From positions 11,007 to 75,006 of the forward strand of contig DATAWX010000169.1 in the NCBI GenBank assembly GCA_036266995.1: DNA of 64,000 bases, written 5' to 3'. The notes below the pieces were generated by a model that was given only the letters and a program-made list of their open reading frames with translations, did not search any database and was not told the origin of the DNA. This document shows, piece by piece, positions 9,841 to 18,088 of this stretch. The stretch's first letter is position 1, and every line of letters begins with the position of its first letter. The position numbers and the translations under genes were made by a program. This DNA comes from Pseudonocardiaceae bacterium. Lineage in GTDB: Bacteria > Actinomycetota > Actinomycetes > Mycobacteriales > Pseudonocardiaceae.

Positions 9841-10137
9841 AGCCGGCCGGCTGTTCAACTCAACCTCCCCCTGCCCACGATCCGCGCGGACGCTTCAGCG
9901 GCGTACGACGACCCCACGGCGCGCAAGTTCGAGCCTCCCGACCATCTTGCGGACGGCTCAAACGAGGACGAGTCCTGATCCCTCGACCGAAACTCGCTGG
10001 AGTGTGTGTCGGCGTGTACCAGAACGCTGATGGATGGCCCACTGGCTGACGGGCGATGGCGTCTCATACGGCGCCAAGGCGATGCATTCCCCGTAGCGCG
10101 CTTGCTGACGGCAGGCAGCGTATTTCGCCCCACTGGA

Positions 10138-10875
10138 TTAGTGGTTTTTGCGCATTATCGCTATGACGGAGGTTCCTACTGGCAGTGAAATTTTATTGTG
10201 CATCTTAGCTTCAGCCTTCAGGATGGCGATAAAGAGTTTGTTGACCGCTCTGGGTACCGGCACATATGAAGTTTCCGAATGAGCTTTGTTTTTCAGGATT
10301 TTGCTAGCAAAGCGGAAACCCACCACAAGTGGCAATGAAAAACTGATGGCATAAGATTTCTTCTCCGTCCTAAGTCCAACGTTGCCAGCGACAGCCGTTA
10401 GGGATTTTATCGTATAGCGTCGCCGGTGGTGCAACGAAACGTCGTGCTCGCTCCACAGCCATTGATACGCCGGTACGGTAATGACAATAGCGCCATCGTC
10501 TTTCAGAACTCGCTTCCACTCGAAAAGTGCGCTTTCGTGATCTTCTATGTGTTCGAGTACATCAAATGCGCCAACTACATCATAGGTTTTGTCTTTGAAT
10601 GGTAGATCAATATCCTCAATTTTCACAATATCCCGATAGCCGAGCTTTTTCACGTAAGCTACGGCGTCATTCGATGCGTCAACATTGTCGACTTTGCCGA
10701 ATTTTTCAAGCATGCCTATCGTGCCGCCCGTGCCGCAGCCAACATTCAATATAATTGAATTAGACCTATTTCGTAGAGCACGCTTCACGTAGGTCTGTAT
10801 AATTTCTAGGCGCCCTAGGTGCCACCAGTAATTTTGCTCATGCTCTGCCATGCGAGCGTACTCGCTCTTTTCCAC
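10138..10875 (-). CDS. Class I SAM-dependent methyltransferase (Methyltransf_11/23-like), compositionally foreign
   Basis: 'NYWWHLGR' N-terminal motif, SAM motif I 'ILNVGCGTGGTIGML', 'AFDVLEHIED', 'LKDDGAIVITVP'. The gene is visibly AT-rich (about 40-45% GC by eye, codons such as aaa, tta, ata, ttt) inside a ~70% GC context. Confidence 0.85.
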   Translation of the reverse strand: MEKSEYARMAEHEQNYWWHLGRLEIIQTYVKRALRNRSNSIILNVGCGTGGTIGMLEKFGKVDNVDASNDAVAYVKKLGYRDIVKIEDIDLPFKDKTYDVVGAFDVLEHIEDHESALFEWKRVLKDDGAIVITVPAYQWLWSEHDVSLHHRRRYTIKSLTAVAGNVGLRTEKKSYAISFSLPLVVGFRFASKILKNKAHSETSYVPVPRAVNKLFIAILKAEAKMHNKISLPVGTSVIAIMRKNH

Positions 10876-10912
10876 AGGCCTCTCCTCATAGAGTCATTGG
10901 TCGGTCAGTTGC

Positions 10913-13096
10913 TCAGGGTCCGTTGGTCGCCGTGACCGTGCTGGTCCTGCATGACTTGCCGACGTCGTAGTAGGAGACGTGGGCATCTGAGTAGACGCGG
11001 ACGAAGCCCCCTGGAAAGAGGTGAGGGTTGCGTTGCGGGAAGCGATCGGCCCGCGTCTCTCCGTCACTGACCTGGATATATGCGATGCCGGTGCCGCGCA
11101 GGCGCGTACAGACCGCCGCCTGGTCCGGTGCGTCGTAGATGCTCGCGATCCTATGCTCCCTCGACACATTGTCGTACCCCATGCTTTCGGCCCAGTACGA
11201 AAACCCGCCGAGGTAGACGGGCCGGCCAGCGAGCGTGGGAATCGTGTAGACGTCCCCGTACGCGGTCAAGAACACTGAGTTACGGCTCGTGTGATGTTCG
11301 ATCCAACTGATGGCGGGCTGGGCGTCGCCGAACACCGCGTATCGGGGGTCGTTCTTGACCGTCATGAAGTCGAGGAGCCCGGAGAGCACCAGGAAGAGGC
11401 AGGTTGCAGGTATCACCGCGACGGCGATGCCGCGTCCGGTGAGGGTGCCTCGCCGGCGGCTGCGCAAAGGCAGGCCGCGCCAGAGCGCGCGGGCCGTGCA
11501 GACGAGGGAGTAGGCGGCGAAAAGGTTGATCAGGACCTTCCACAGGTTGAAGACCTTGTGGTCGTGTCCACCGACATCGGTGCCTAAAACCACGATGTTG
11601 CCGAAGACGAAGATTGCCATGACAGCCACCAGAAGCTTATGGTCCGCTCTGCGCCCTACGACGGCTGCGAGGATGACGAGAGGGCCGGCGAGACCAAGGT
11701 TGAGCCACCAGTAGGAAACGAAGTCCAGGTACGACGCGGGATTCTGGAAACGGAAGTTCTCGACGAGATAGCCGTTGTGGAACGTGAGCGAGTTTTTTGT
11801 CCCGAGACCGCCGTTGAGCCAGATGATTTGGGGAAGCGCGAGCACTCCGGCTGCGATGAAGAAGGGCAGCGACTCGCGGACGGGTCCCAGCAGTACGAGA
11901 CCGCCGATTAACAGCAGTAGTGCCACCTTGCGGATCCCGTCGCTCTGTTCGAACGCGCCCGCGACGAACAGGCTCACCGACGCGAAGACCAGTACAACGC
12001 TGGGCATAGCCACCCTGCGCAGGTGACCGCTGTAGAGGTAGTACAGCACGCAGAAGAAGACCATGGACGCTACGAACACGATGCCGTTGAGCCAGAAGGC
12101 TGTTCCCGAGAGCACGCCTAGGACCGTCGCGCGTTCCTTAGGCAGGGGCTGGCGACGGTTGTCGTCGGCTTGTGCGTCGACGAGATCCCCGGCGATACCG
12201 CCGGGTCCGCGTAGATGGCGCAGAAGGGCATAACCGACGAAAAGGACGAGGGCCATCGACACGATGAGGTGTGTCTGGGTGAGGTAGGGGTTCAGCGTCC
12301 AGAAGATTGATATCCGCTCGCCACTCTGGTACGGGGCGCCCGCCAAGTACTTGTCGTGATTCCACCAGTTTTGGGGCTTCAGCGCCTCGATCACTGAGGG
12401 GTATTTGGCAAAGTAGCGAAGGAAGGCGAGCGAGCCGTTGGTGGCGAACAGGACCGCGGCCATGATACCGATGGAAACGCGCTGCCAGAGGTAGTAGGCG
12501 AGCTCGAAGACGAGCGCGATGATCGCGGTGAAGCCCAGCGCGCCGGGCAGGTTGAACGCCCATTCGATCGGCAGCCCCATGCGCTCCAGCGCGCCGGCGT
12601 AGAAGTCGAACCCGAAGTGGTAGTGGATCGTCTCCCCGCTGAAGATCGGGAGCACCGGCGGGTAGTTGTCGCCTTCGGAGAATGACCGCGCGATGCCGAT
12701 GTGGAGTGCCGTGTCGCCCCACGTGTTGAGCGAGACCATGAGCGGGTCACCGGATAGGCGCTGGAGCATCAACCAGCCCGACAGTGCCAGGGCGGCACCG
12801 ACGCCGAGTGTCGCGAGCGGTGGTGCGCGGAACGCGTCACGCCGGAACTCGCGCCAGCCCAGACCGATGATCACCGAGTTGACTCCCATGGCCACGAAGG
12901 CGCCATAGAAAGTCGCGTCGCTGCGGCCTAGGTCATGGATCAGCCATCCCGCGCCGAAAGTCACCCAGCCGGTGAGCGTGATGCTGACCACGAAGGCCCC
13001 GATGAGCCGCACAACGACGGGGAACTCCCGGAACACGCGTTGAACGATGACTAGCGCCGCCAGGAACGACAGCAGGAGATATGGCAGCACCAGCAT
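10913..13096 (-). CDS. Large polytopic membrane protein, GT-C-like (DUF2298/YYY-like), paralogue of 3335-5224
   Basis: About 16 TM helices, loop motif 'NTWGDTALHIGIARSFSEGDNYPPVLPIFSGETIHYHFGFDFYAGALERMG', soluble C-terminal domain. It lies 37 nt upstream of the methyltransferase on the same strand. GC is intermediate (~60% by eye). Confidence 0.6.
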   Translation of the reverse strand: MLVLPYLLLSFLAALVIVQRVFREFPVVVRLIGAFVVSITLTGWVTFGAGWLIHDLGRSDATFYGAFVAMGVNSVIIGLGWREFRRDAFRAPPLATLGVGAALALSGWLMLQRLSGDPLMVSLNTWGDTALHIGIARSFSEGDNYPPVLPIFSGETIHYHFGFDFYAGALERMGLPIEWAFNLPGALGFTAIIALVFELAYYLWQRVSIGIMAAVLFATNGSLAFLRYFAKYPSVIEALKPQNWWNHDKYLAGAPYQSGERISIFWTLNPYLTQTHLIVSMALVLFVGYALLRHLRGPGGIAGDLVDAQADDNRRQPLPKERATVLGVLSGTAFWLNGIVFVASMVFFCVLYYLYSGHLRRVAMPSVVLVFASVSLFVAGAFEQSDGIRKVALLLLIGGLVLLGPVRESLPFFIAAGVLALPQIIWLNGGLGTKNSLTFHNGYLVENFRFQNPASYLDFVSYWWLNLGLAGPLVILAAVVGRRADHKLLVAVMAIFVFGNIVVLGTDVGGHDHKVFNLWKVLINLFAAYSLVCTARALWRGLPLRSRRRGTLTGRGIAVAVIPATCLFLVLSGLLDFMTVKNDPRYAVFGDAQPAISWIEHHTSRNSVFLTAYGDVYTIPTLAGRPVYLGGFSYWAESMGYDNVSREHRIASIYDAPDQAAVCTRLRGTGIAYIQVSDGETRADRFPQRNPHLFPGGFVRVYSDAHVSYYDVGKSCRTSTVTATNGP

Positions 13097-13097
13097 C

Positions 13098-13289
13098 TTA
13101 GGGGCTAGTCTTTCGGGTCGAGAGCGATGGTCGGGGTGATCGTGAGGCCGTCCTGGATTCCAGCCGGCTGCGTGGCGTGGCCATTCCAGCGGTCAGGTGC
13201 TTTTTCTTGTTCAGGCTGGTGGAAGGCTCCTCCCCGAAGGTGAACAAAAGAGACCCAGTGGTCGACGAGAAGATTGCGATAAACCCCAC
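13098..13289 (-). CDS. sORF1: small ORF with a conserved hydrophobic N-terminus (VGFIAIFSSTTGSLLFTFGEE...), stop 1 nt before the ATG of the 727-aa GT-C-like gene
   Basis: GTG at 13289-13287; TAA at 13100-13098; ATG of the next gene at 13096. The first ~21 codons are homologous to sORF2 and sORF3 with conservative and synonymous changes. The rest is R/S/P-rich and unconserved, so the true product may be shorter or the element may act as RNA/DNA. Confidence 0.35.
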   Translation of the reverse strand: MGFIAIFSSTTGSLLFTFGEEPSTSLNKKKHLTAGMATPRSRLESRTASRSPRPSLSTRKTSP

Positions 13290-13561
13290 AAGGGACAGCT
13301 ACGGTTGGGTTTGAACCTTCCCCGTACACACGCTGACACAGGATCTATCACCATCCAGCAACGGCCCGAATCGCGGACCGGACTGGAAGGTTGTTGCCGA
13401 CCGTGACCAGACGAATGCAATTGGGGACGCAGCAAGGCGCATGTTAGTCACGTCCACGCGCGGGCTGACGTCGATCTAACGCTAGGGAAGGTGGCTGTCC
13501 CTTGTGGGGTTTGTCGTAATCTTCTCGTCGGCTGCTGGACTGGCCCTGTTCACCTTCAGGG
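13232..13561. repeat. Imperfect 68-bp inverted repeat (arms 13232-13299 and 13494-13561) flanking a ~194-bp core
   Basis: The reverse complement of the left arm aligns to the right arm without indels: 'gctgtcccttgtggggttt[a/g]tcg[c/t]aatcttctcgtcg' is 35/37 identical, then a divergent 12 nt, then 'tgttcaccttc[g/a]ggg'. About 54/68 identical by hand count. Confidence 0.8.
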
Positions 13562-13638
13562 GCGAGAGTGGTGCATCACCGACAGGAGCAGGAATCCCGC
13601 CGCCATTCTTGAGCGAGAGTGACGTACATCGTGCGTAA
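13504..13638 (+). CDS. sORF2: 44-codon small ORF (VGFVVIFSSAAGLALFTFRGE...), overlapping the start of the Ig-like protein gene
   Basis: GTG 13504, TAA 13636-13638. It is below the ORF-track length cutoff and was found by translating the right IR arm. It overlaps GTG 13619 of the downstream gene. Confidence 0.3.
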   Translation: MGFVVIFSSAAGLALFTFRGESGASPTGAGIPPPFLSESDVHRA

Positions 13639-14359
13639 CGGCAGATCTTTGGCTCGACTGTTGTTGAGGGTTCTGATCGCTTTGGCGGCTGGGTCAGCGT
13701 TGCTGCTGGGTGGGGTGGCCAACGCTGCCCCGTCGGTGGGCAACTCGACCTTCGACGCGCCACCGGCAGCGACGATCACCGCGCTGGATGTGACACCTGC
13801 TGCCCACTCCGCGATCGCCGCGGTCACGGTGGAGACCCTAGAGGCGACGGTGAGTCCACCGGCGGCTGGTTCGGTGCAGTTTATGCAGGACAGCACCAGC
13901 ATCGGGGCCGCGGTGCCGGTCTGGGGCGGTATCGCGTCGATGATGACGACGTTGCCAGCGGGGACGCATTCGCTCAACGCGGTGTTCACCCCGGCCGACT
14001 CGACGAGTTTCGGCTCCTCGACATCGAACACAGTGACCTACCTGGTCAGCGCTCCGCTCGGGGAGAACGCGACGGTCACCACGCTCAGGGTGTTCCCGAC
14101 CCCTGTACTCCAAGGCGTTCCGGTGGTTCTCCTGGCGAACATCGCGCCCGCCGCCGCGGTCGGAACCATCCAGTTCTTCGATGGAACGTCCGCGCTGGGT
14201 CCTCCCGTGCCGGCGACCGGCGGCTTCACTCTGCGCATTACTCCGCTATCGAAGGGTGAGCACTCGCTGAGAGCGGTTTTCACCCCCACCGATCAAACAG
14301 TCTTCGTCCCGTCGGCGTCGCTGCCAGTGGTGCTGCCTGTCGCGTCGCAGTCTCAATGA
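13619..14359 (+). CDS. Secreted protein with two bacterial Ig-like (Big_3_5-type) repeats
   Basis: Signal peptide 'RLLLRVLIALAAGSALLLGGVANA'. Two repeats of the pattern 'G.VQF.D....IG..V...GG.A.......G.HSL.AVFTP.D...F..S.S'. Confidence 0.7.
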   Translation: MTYIVRNGRSLARLLLRVLIALAAGSALLLGGVANAAPSVGNSTFDAPPAATITALDVTPAAHSAIAAVTVETLEATVSPPAAGSVQFMQDSTSIGAAVPVWGGIASMMTTLPAGTHSLNAVFTPADSTSFGSSTSNTVTYLVSAPLGENATVTTLRVFPTPVLQGVPVVLLANIAPAAAVGTIQFFDGTSALGPPVPATGGFTLRITPLSKGEHSLRAVFTPTDQTVFVPSASLPVVLPVASQSQ

Positions 14360-14459
14360 CTTCCGAACGACCCGTCGATAGCCCCGGATGCCTGGCGCAG
14401 TTGTGGGTCTTCGGAGACCTTCTGTCAGACCAGTGCCGGCAGAGCTCACACAATGAACT

Positions 14460-16430
14460 CTAGGACCGTGGGGGCGGTGGGGTGGAGGACAGGTCGTACA
14501 GATCCGGCATGGTGAAGTCCGCGGCGCGGCGCCGGCCCGGTTGGTCGCCGGAGGGGGTCGGGATGTTGCGGCCGGGCCAGACGATCACCGAGGCGGGCGG
14601 GAGGGTGAGCCGGCATCGAGCACCGAGTGCCGGATGATCGCCGGCCCGGGTCTGCGCGGTCAGTTCGGGGCCGCCGTCCAGGGCCACCATTACCTCGTAG
14701 ACGGCCCCGAGACAGACCACGTCGCGGACGGCACCGGGGTGCCCGTCCGAGTCCTGCTCGACCAGGTCGTCCAATATCAGGTGCTCGGGGCGGATGCACC
14801 AGGTCAGCTCCGCGTCCAGGGCGGTGCCCGCCGGCAGGACGTCGGGTCCGAAGCCGATCCGTACCTGCCCCGCCACAAGCTCCCGTGCGCCGGTCCGCTG
14901 GCCGAGGTGCAGGTTGCGGATGCCGAGCAGTCGGGCGGCGGTCGGGCTGGCCGGGCGCGCGAAGACCGCGGGTTGCGGGCCCGCCTGTTCCACCTGGCCC
15001 AGCTCCAGAATCAGCACTTCATCGGCGAGCAACGCCGCCTCGATGGGGTCGTGTGTGACGATGACGCTGGTGATCGCGGTGTCGCGTTGCAGGCGGCGCA
15101 GCTCGTGGCGCAGCTCGTCGCGGACCGGCGCATCCAGGCCAGTGAACGGCTCGTCCAGCAGCAGCAGCCGCGGGTTGCGGGCCAGCGCGCGGGCGATCGC
15201 GACCCGGCGCCGTTGGCCGCCGGACAGCTGCGACGGCAACCGAGCCTCCAGCCCGGTCAGCCCCAGCCGTCTGATCCAGAATGCGGCCAGTCCGGGCTCG
15301 GTGCCGACCCCGAACATCACCTGCTGCCACACCGGTAGGTGCGGGAGCAGGGCGGCATCCTGCGGGACGTAGCCGAACCCGCGGTCCTCCGGCGCCACCG
15401 CGGTGACATCGGCACCGTCGAGACACACCTGCCCGCCGGTCGGCCGGATCAGCCCGGCCAGCATCCGCAGGGTCAGGCTCTTGCCGGATCCCGATGCTCC
15501 GAGGATGGCCAGGTGCCGACCGGTCCTGGTGGTGTGCGCCACCTCGACCTGGAACGAACCCAGCCGGCCGGCCAGGTCGAAGGTCAGCTGCGGGCTGGCC
15601 GACGAGGTGGGGGCGCTCGGCGCCGGCAGCGGGTCCGGCACCGGGTGCCGCCGGCGCAGCCGGGGGAGGTACGCGGCCAGCAGCAGCACCACCGCGGCCG
15701 CGCCCAGGCTCGCCCCGACCGCGGTCAGCGTCGAGGTGATCCCGGTGCCGCCGAACTGCACGTAGGTGAACACCGGCACCGAGAACGGGTGGTAGGCGAG
15801 TACCACGGTGGCGCCGAACTCGCCGAAGGCCCGCAGCCAGGCCAGCAGCAGACCGGCGGCGATGCCCGGCGCGGCGGCCGGGGCCGCCACCCGGGCGAAC
15901 CGCGACCACCGGCCGTGCCCGAGGGTGGCCGCCACGTCGTCCAGGGCCGGGTCCAGCGCGGCGAACGCCGAGCGGGCGGCCACGATCAGAAACGGTGCCG
16001 CGACGAAGGTCTGGGCCAGTACGATACCGACCCGGGTGTCGGTCAGCATGCCGCCGAAGAGCTGCCCGAGCGGCGTGTACGGGCCGACCAGGTAGATCAA
16101 CAGGATGCCGCTCATCAACGGTGGCAGCGCCAACGGCAGCTGCACCGCGACCCCGACCACCGTCGAGCTTCGCCCGCGGCCCCGGGAGAGCAGGTAGCCC
16201 AGCGGGATCCCGAGAACGGCGATGATCGCTGTCGAGATGCTGGCTGTCTCCACCGACACGGCCAGTGCCGAGCCGAGCCCGGGAGTGGCCAGTGCGCTGG
16301 CCGGGGTATCGGCCACCCGGATCAGGTAGGCGAGGATCGGGACCAGCAGGTATAGCGTCAGCAGCCCGGCCAGCCACGGCAGCGGGGTGCGGAACATGAG
16401 CGCCGCCCCCCCGGCTGGCCTGGCGGTCAT
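14460..16430 (-). CDS. modBC: Molybdate-type ABC transporter, fused permease (ModB) and ATPase (ModC)
   Basis: N-terminal permease with EAA loop 'LDPALDDVAATLGHGRWSRFARV'. C-terminal ABC domain with Walker A 'GASGSGKSLTL', signature 'LSGGQRRRVAIARAL', Walker B 'LLLLDEPF', then a TOBE-like tail. Substrate is inferred from context (modA, TOBE regulator, mosAB). Confidence 0.8.
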   Translation of the reverse strand: MTARPAGGAALMFRTPLPWLAGLLTLYLLVPILAYLIRVADTPASALATPGLGSALAVSVETASISTAIIAVLGIPLGYLLSRGRGRSSTVVGVAVQLPLALPPLMSGILLIYLVGPYTPLGQLFGGMLTDTRVGIVLAQTFVAAPFLIVAARSAFAALDPALDDVAATLGHGRWSRFARVAAPAAAPGIAAGLLLAWLRAFGEFGATVVLAYHPFSVPVFTYVQFGGTGITSTLTAVGASLGAAAVVLLLAAYLPRLRRRHPVPDPLPAPSAPTSSASPQLTFDLAGRLGSFQVEVAHTTRTGRHLAILGASGSGKSLTLRMLAGLIRPTGGQVCLDGADVTAVAPEDRGFGYVPQDAALLPHLPVWQQVMFGVGTEPGLAAFWIRRLGLTGLEARLPSQLSGGQRRRVAIARALARNPRLLLLDEPFTGLDAPVRDELRHELRRLQRDTAITSVIVTHDPIEAALLADEVLILELGQVEQAGPQPAVFARPASPTAARLLGIRNLHLGQRTGARELVAGQVRIGFGPDVLPAGTALDAELTWCIRPEHLILDDLVEQDSDGHPGAVRDVVCLGAVYEVMVALDGGPELTAQTRAGDHPALGARCRLTLPPASVIVWPGRNIPTPSGDQPGRRRAADFTMPDLYDLSSTPPPPRS

Positions 16431-17362
16431 CGGCCGCCGGGAGCTGAGCTGGTCGTGGGAGTCGCCGGAGCACTGGCCGTCGTCGGCAGGACTGACTTCA
16501 GCGCCGGCGGCACCGCGGCCGGATCACCGTAGAGGGCCAGCGGCAGCACCGTCAGGCCGTCCTCCTTCAACAGCTCCTCGCCCGCTGGGGACACCAGGTA
16601 CTGCACGAAGTCCGCGGCCGGTGCGGGGTCCGGGGCCATGTTCAGCACCGCCACGGTGTAGGTCGCCGCCAGGTGCACCTGGTCGAGGCTGGCGGTCTGG
16701 ATCTTCTGCTCGCCCGCCTCGTTGCTGTAGAAGAAGCCGGCATCGAGTTGGCCGGACTCCAACCGACCGACCAGTTCGGTCTCCGGCAGTACGGTGATGT
16801 TCTGCTGGGCGGCGGCCGGCAAGGCAGGATCGCTGTAGATCTTCGCGCCGTCGGTGAGTGCCTGCTGCGCGAGCTTGCCCTTGGGGTCGACCTTGGGATC
16901 GGTGCTGCCCAGCTTGAAGCCGGGCTCGGTGATCACCTGGTACCACGGCTTGGATTTCAGGTCGGCGGCGAACTTCGAGTTCGGGTTGTAACCGATCACC
17001 AGCGGCGCCGAGGCGAACTTCACATACCAGGGCACCCAGTTGCCGTTGGCCGGCCCTTGCAGGTCCGCGTTGACCGTAGGGCTGGCGCTGATGAACACGT
17101 CACCCTGGCGAACCTTGCCCTTGATCTGCGTGGCCAGTGCACTGGATCCGGCGCTGAAACCCTGGAAGGTGTCCCCGCTTGCCTGCTCGAACTTCGGGCC
17201 GAGGCTGTGTTCCATCAGGTTGACCAGCGAGCCGGCATAGAGCACCTTCACCGGACCCTTCGGCCCGGTCGACGTGCCGGCGGTACCGCCGCCCGAACTG
17301 CTACACCCCGTCAACGCCACCAGCATCACGGTCAGCACTCCGACCGCGCCTTTGACCCGCAT
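16427..17362 (-). CDS. modA: Molybdate/tungstate ABC transporter substrate-binding lipoprotein
   Basis: Lipobox 'LVALTGCSS'. Periplasmic-binding fold motifs 'VKVLYAGSLVNLME...GFSAGSSALATQIK...GDVFISASP'. 4-nt overlap with modBC. Confidence 0.75.
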   Translation of the reverse strand: MRVKGAVGVLTVMLVALTGCSSSGGGTAGTSTGPKGPVKVLYAGSLVNLMEHSLGPKFEQASGDTFQGFSAGSSALATQIKGKVRQGDVFISASPTVNADLQGPANGNWVPWYVKFASAPLVIGYNPNSKFAADLKSKPWYQVITEPGFKLGSTDPKVDPKGKLAQQALTDGAKIYSDPALPAAAQQNITVLPETELVGRLESGQLDAGFFYSNEAGEQKIQTASLDQVHLAATYTVAVLNMAPDPAPAADFVQYLVSPAGEELLKEDGLTVLPLALYGDPAAVPPALKSVLPTTASAPATPTTSSAPGGR

Positions 17363-17374
17363 CCGTTCTGCCTC

Positions 17375-17824
17375 CTAGGTTTTTGACTGCTTTGCCAGGC
17401 TCGCCCGGGCGAGGGCGTCCCGAGGCTGCTGGGGCAGGGTGACGACGACGCTGGTGGATTTCACCGAGGCCACGGCCAGTACGCCGGGCTCCAACCCGAG
17501 CTCGTCCACCGCCTCGGCGGACATCAGCGACACGATCCGGTGCGGTCCGACCTGGATCTCCACCTTGGCCATCACCTGGTCCCGGATGACCCGGGTGACC
17601 AGGCCCGGTAACTGGTTGCGGGCAGACGCGGGCAGATGCGGGACGGCTTCTTCGGTATCCGCGGCGAGCGAGGTGGCGAACCGAGCCAGCTCAGCCCCGT
17701 CCACTCCGCGCCGACCGGACTCGGTGGTCGTGGAGACGAATCGGCCGGCGTCGGCCCAGCGCCGCAGCGTGTCATCGCTGACTCCGAGTAGGCGGGCGGC
17801 CTCACCGATCCGGAACACAGGCAT
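17375..17824 (-). CDS. Transcriptional regulator: excisionase/MerR-type HTH fused to a molybdate-binding TOBE (Mop) domain
   Basis: 'FRIGEAARLLGVSDDTLRRWADAGR' HTH. C-terminal 'SARNQLPGLVTRVIRDQVMAKVEIQVGPHRIVSLMSAEAVDELGLEPGVLAVASVKSTSVVV' is a typical TOBE domain. First gene of the mod operon. Confidence 0.8.
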   Translation of the reverse strand: MPVFRIGEAARLLGVSDDTLRRWADAGRFVSTTTESGRRGVDGAELARFATSLAADTEEAVPHLPASARNQLPGLVTRVIRDQVMAKVEIQVGPHRIVSLMSAEAVDELGLEPGVLAVASVKSTSVVVTLPQQPRDALARASLAKQSKT

Positions 17825-18042
17825 CGTGACAGCCTAACCGCAGACGCGGAGTCGAGACAGGGCTACCGACGTAATTGAGATCTTCACTGTGAACGAAGTC
17901 CGCAGGTGCCGACCGTACCGACGACGAGCACGCAGTGGCGGATCGAAACCGGCGTACGCTCCGCTGATAGGTCCTAGACCGGCGCGTACTTCCGCTTGTG
18001 CGTAAACGATCTCCATGCGATGATGTCCCGCGCGGGGGGGTA

Positions 18043-18088
18043 GGGTTGTGCGGCCGCCGCGTGGGGGGTTTGCGCGGCCGCACAACCC
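18043..18088. promoter_or_regulatory. Perfect 15-bp GC-rich inverted repeat in the mod/mos divergent intergenic region
   Basis: 'gggttgtgcggccgc' (18043-18057) and 'gcggccgcacaaccc' (18074-18088) separated by 16 nt. Candidate operator or RNA stem-loop; function unknown. Confidence 0.3.

Noticed and set aside
15019-16473. 484-aa minus-strand ORF and several plus-strand ORFs overlapping modBC. Similar shadow ORFs overlap ada-alkA (24293-25774), the transposase (49105-50538), malic enzyme (59826-61571), NDH-2 (58322-59587) and the LAL genes.
   Set aside because: All are R/P/G/A-rich with no recognisable domains and lie over genes with strong motif support, so they were treated as high-GC frame artefacts.
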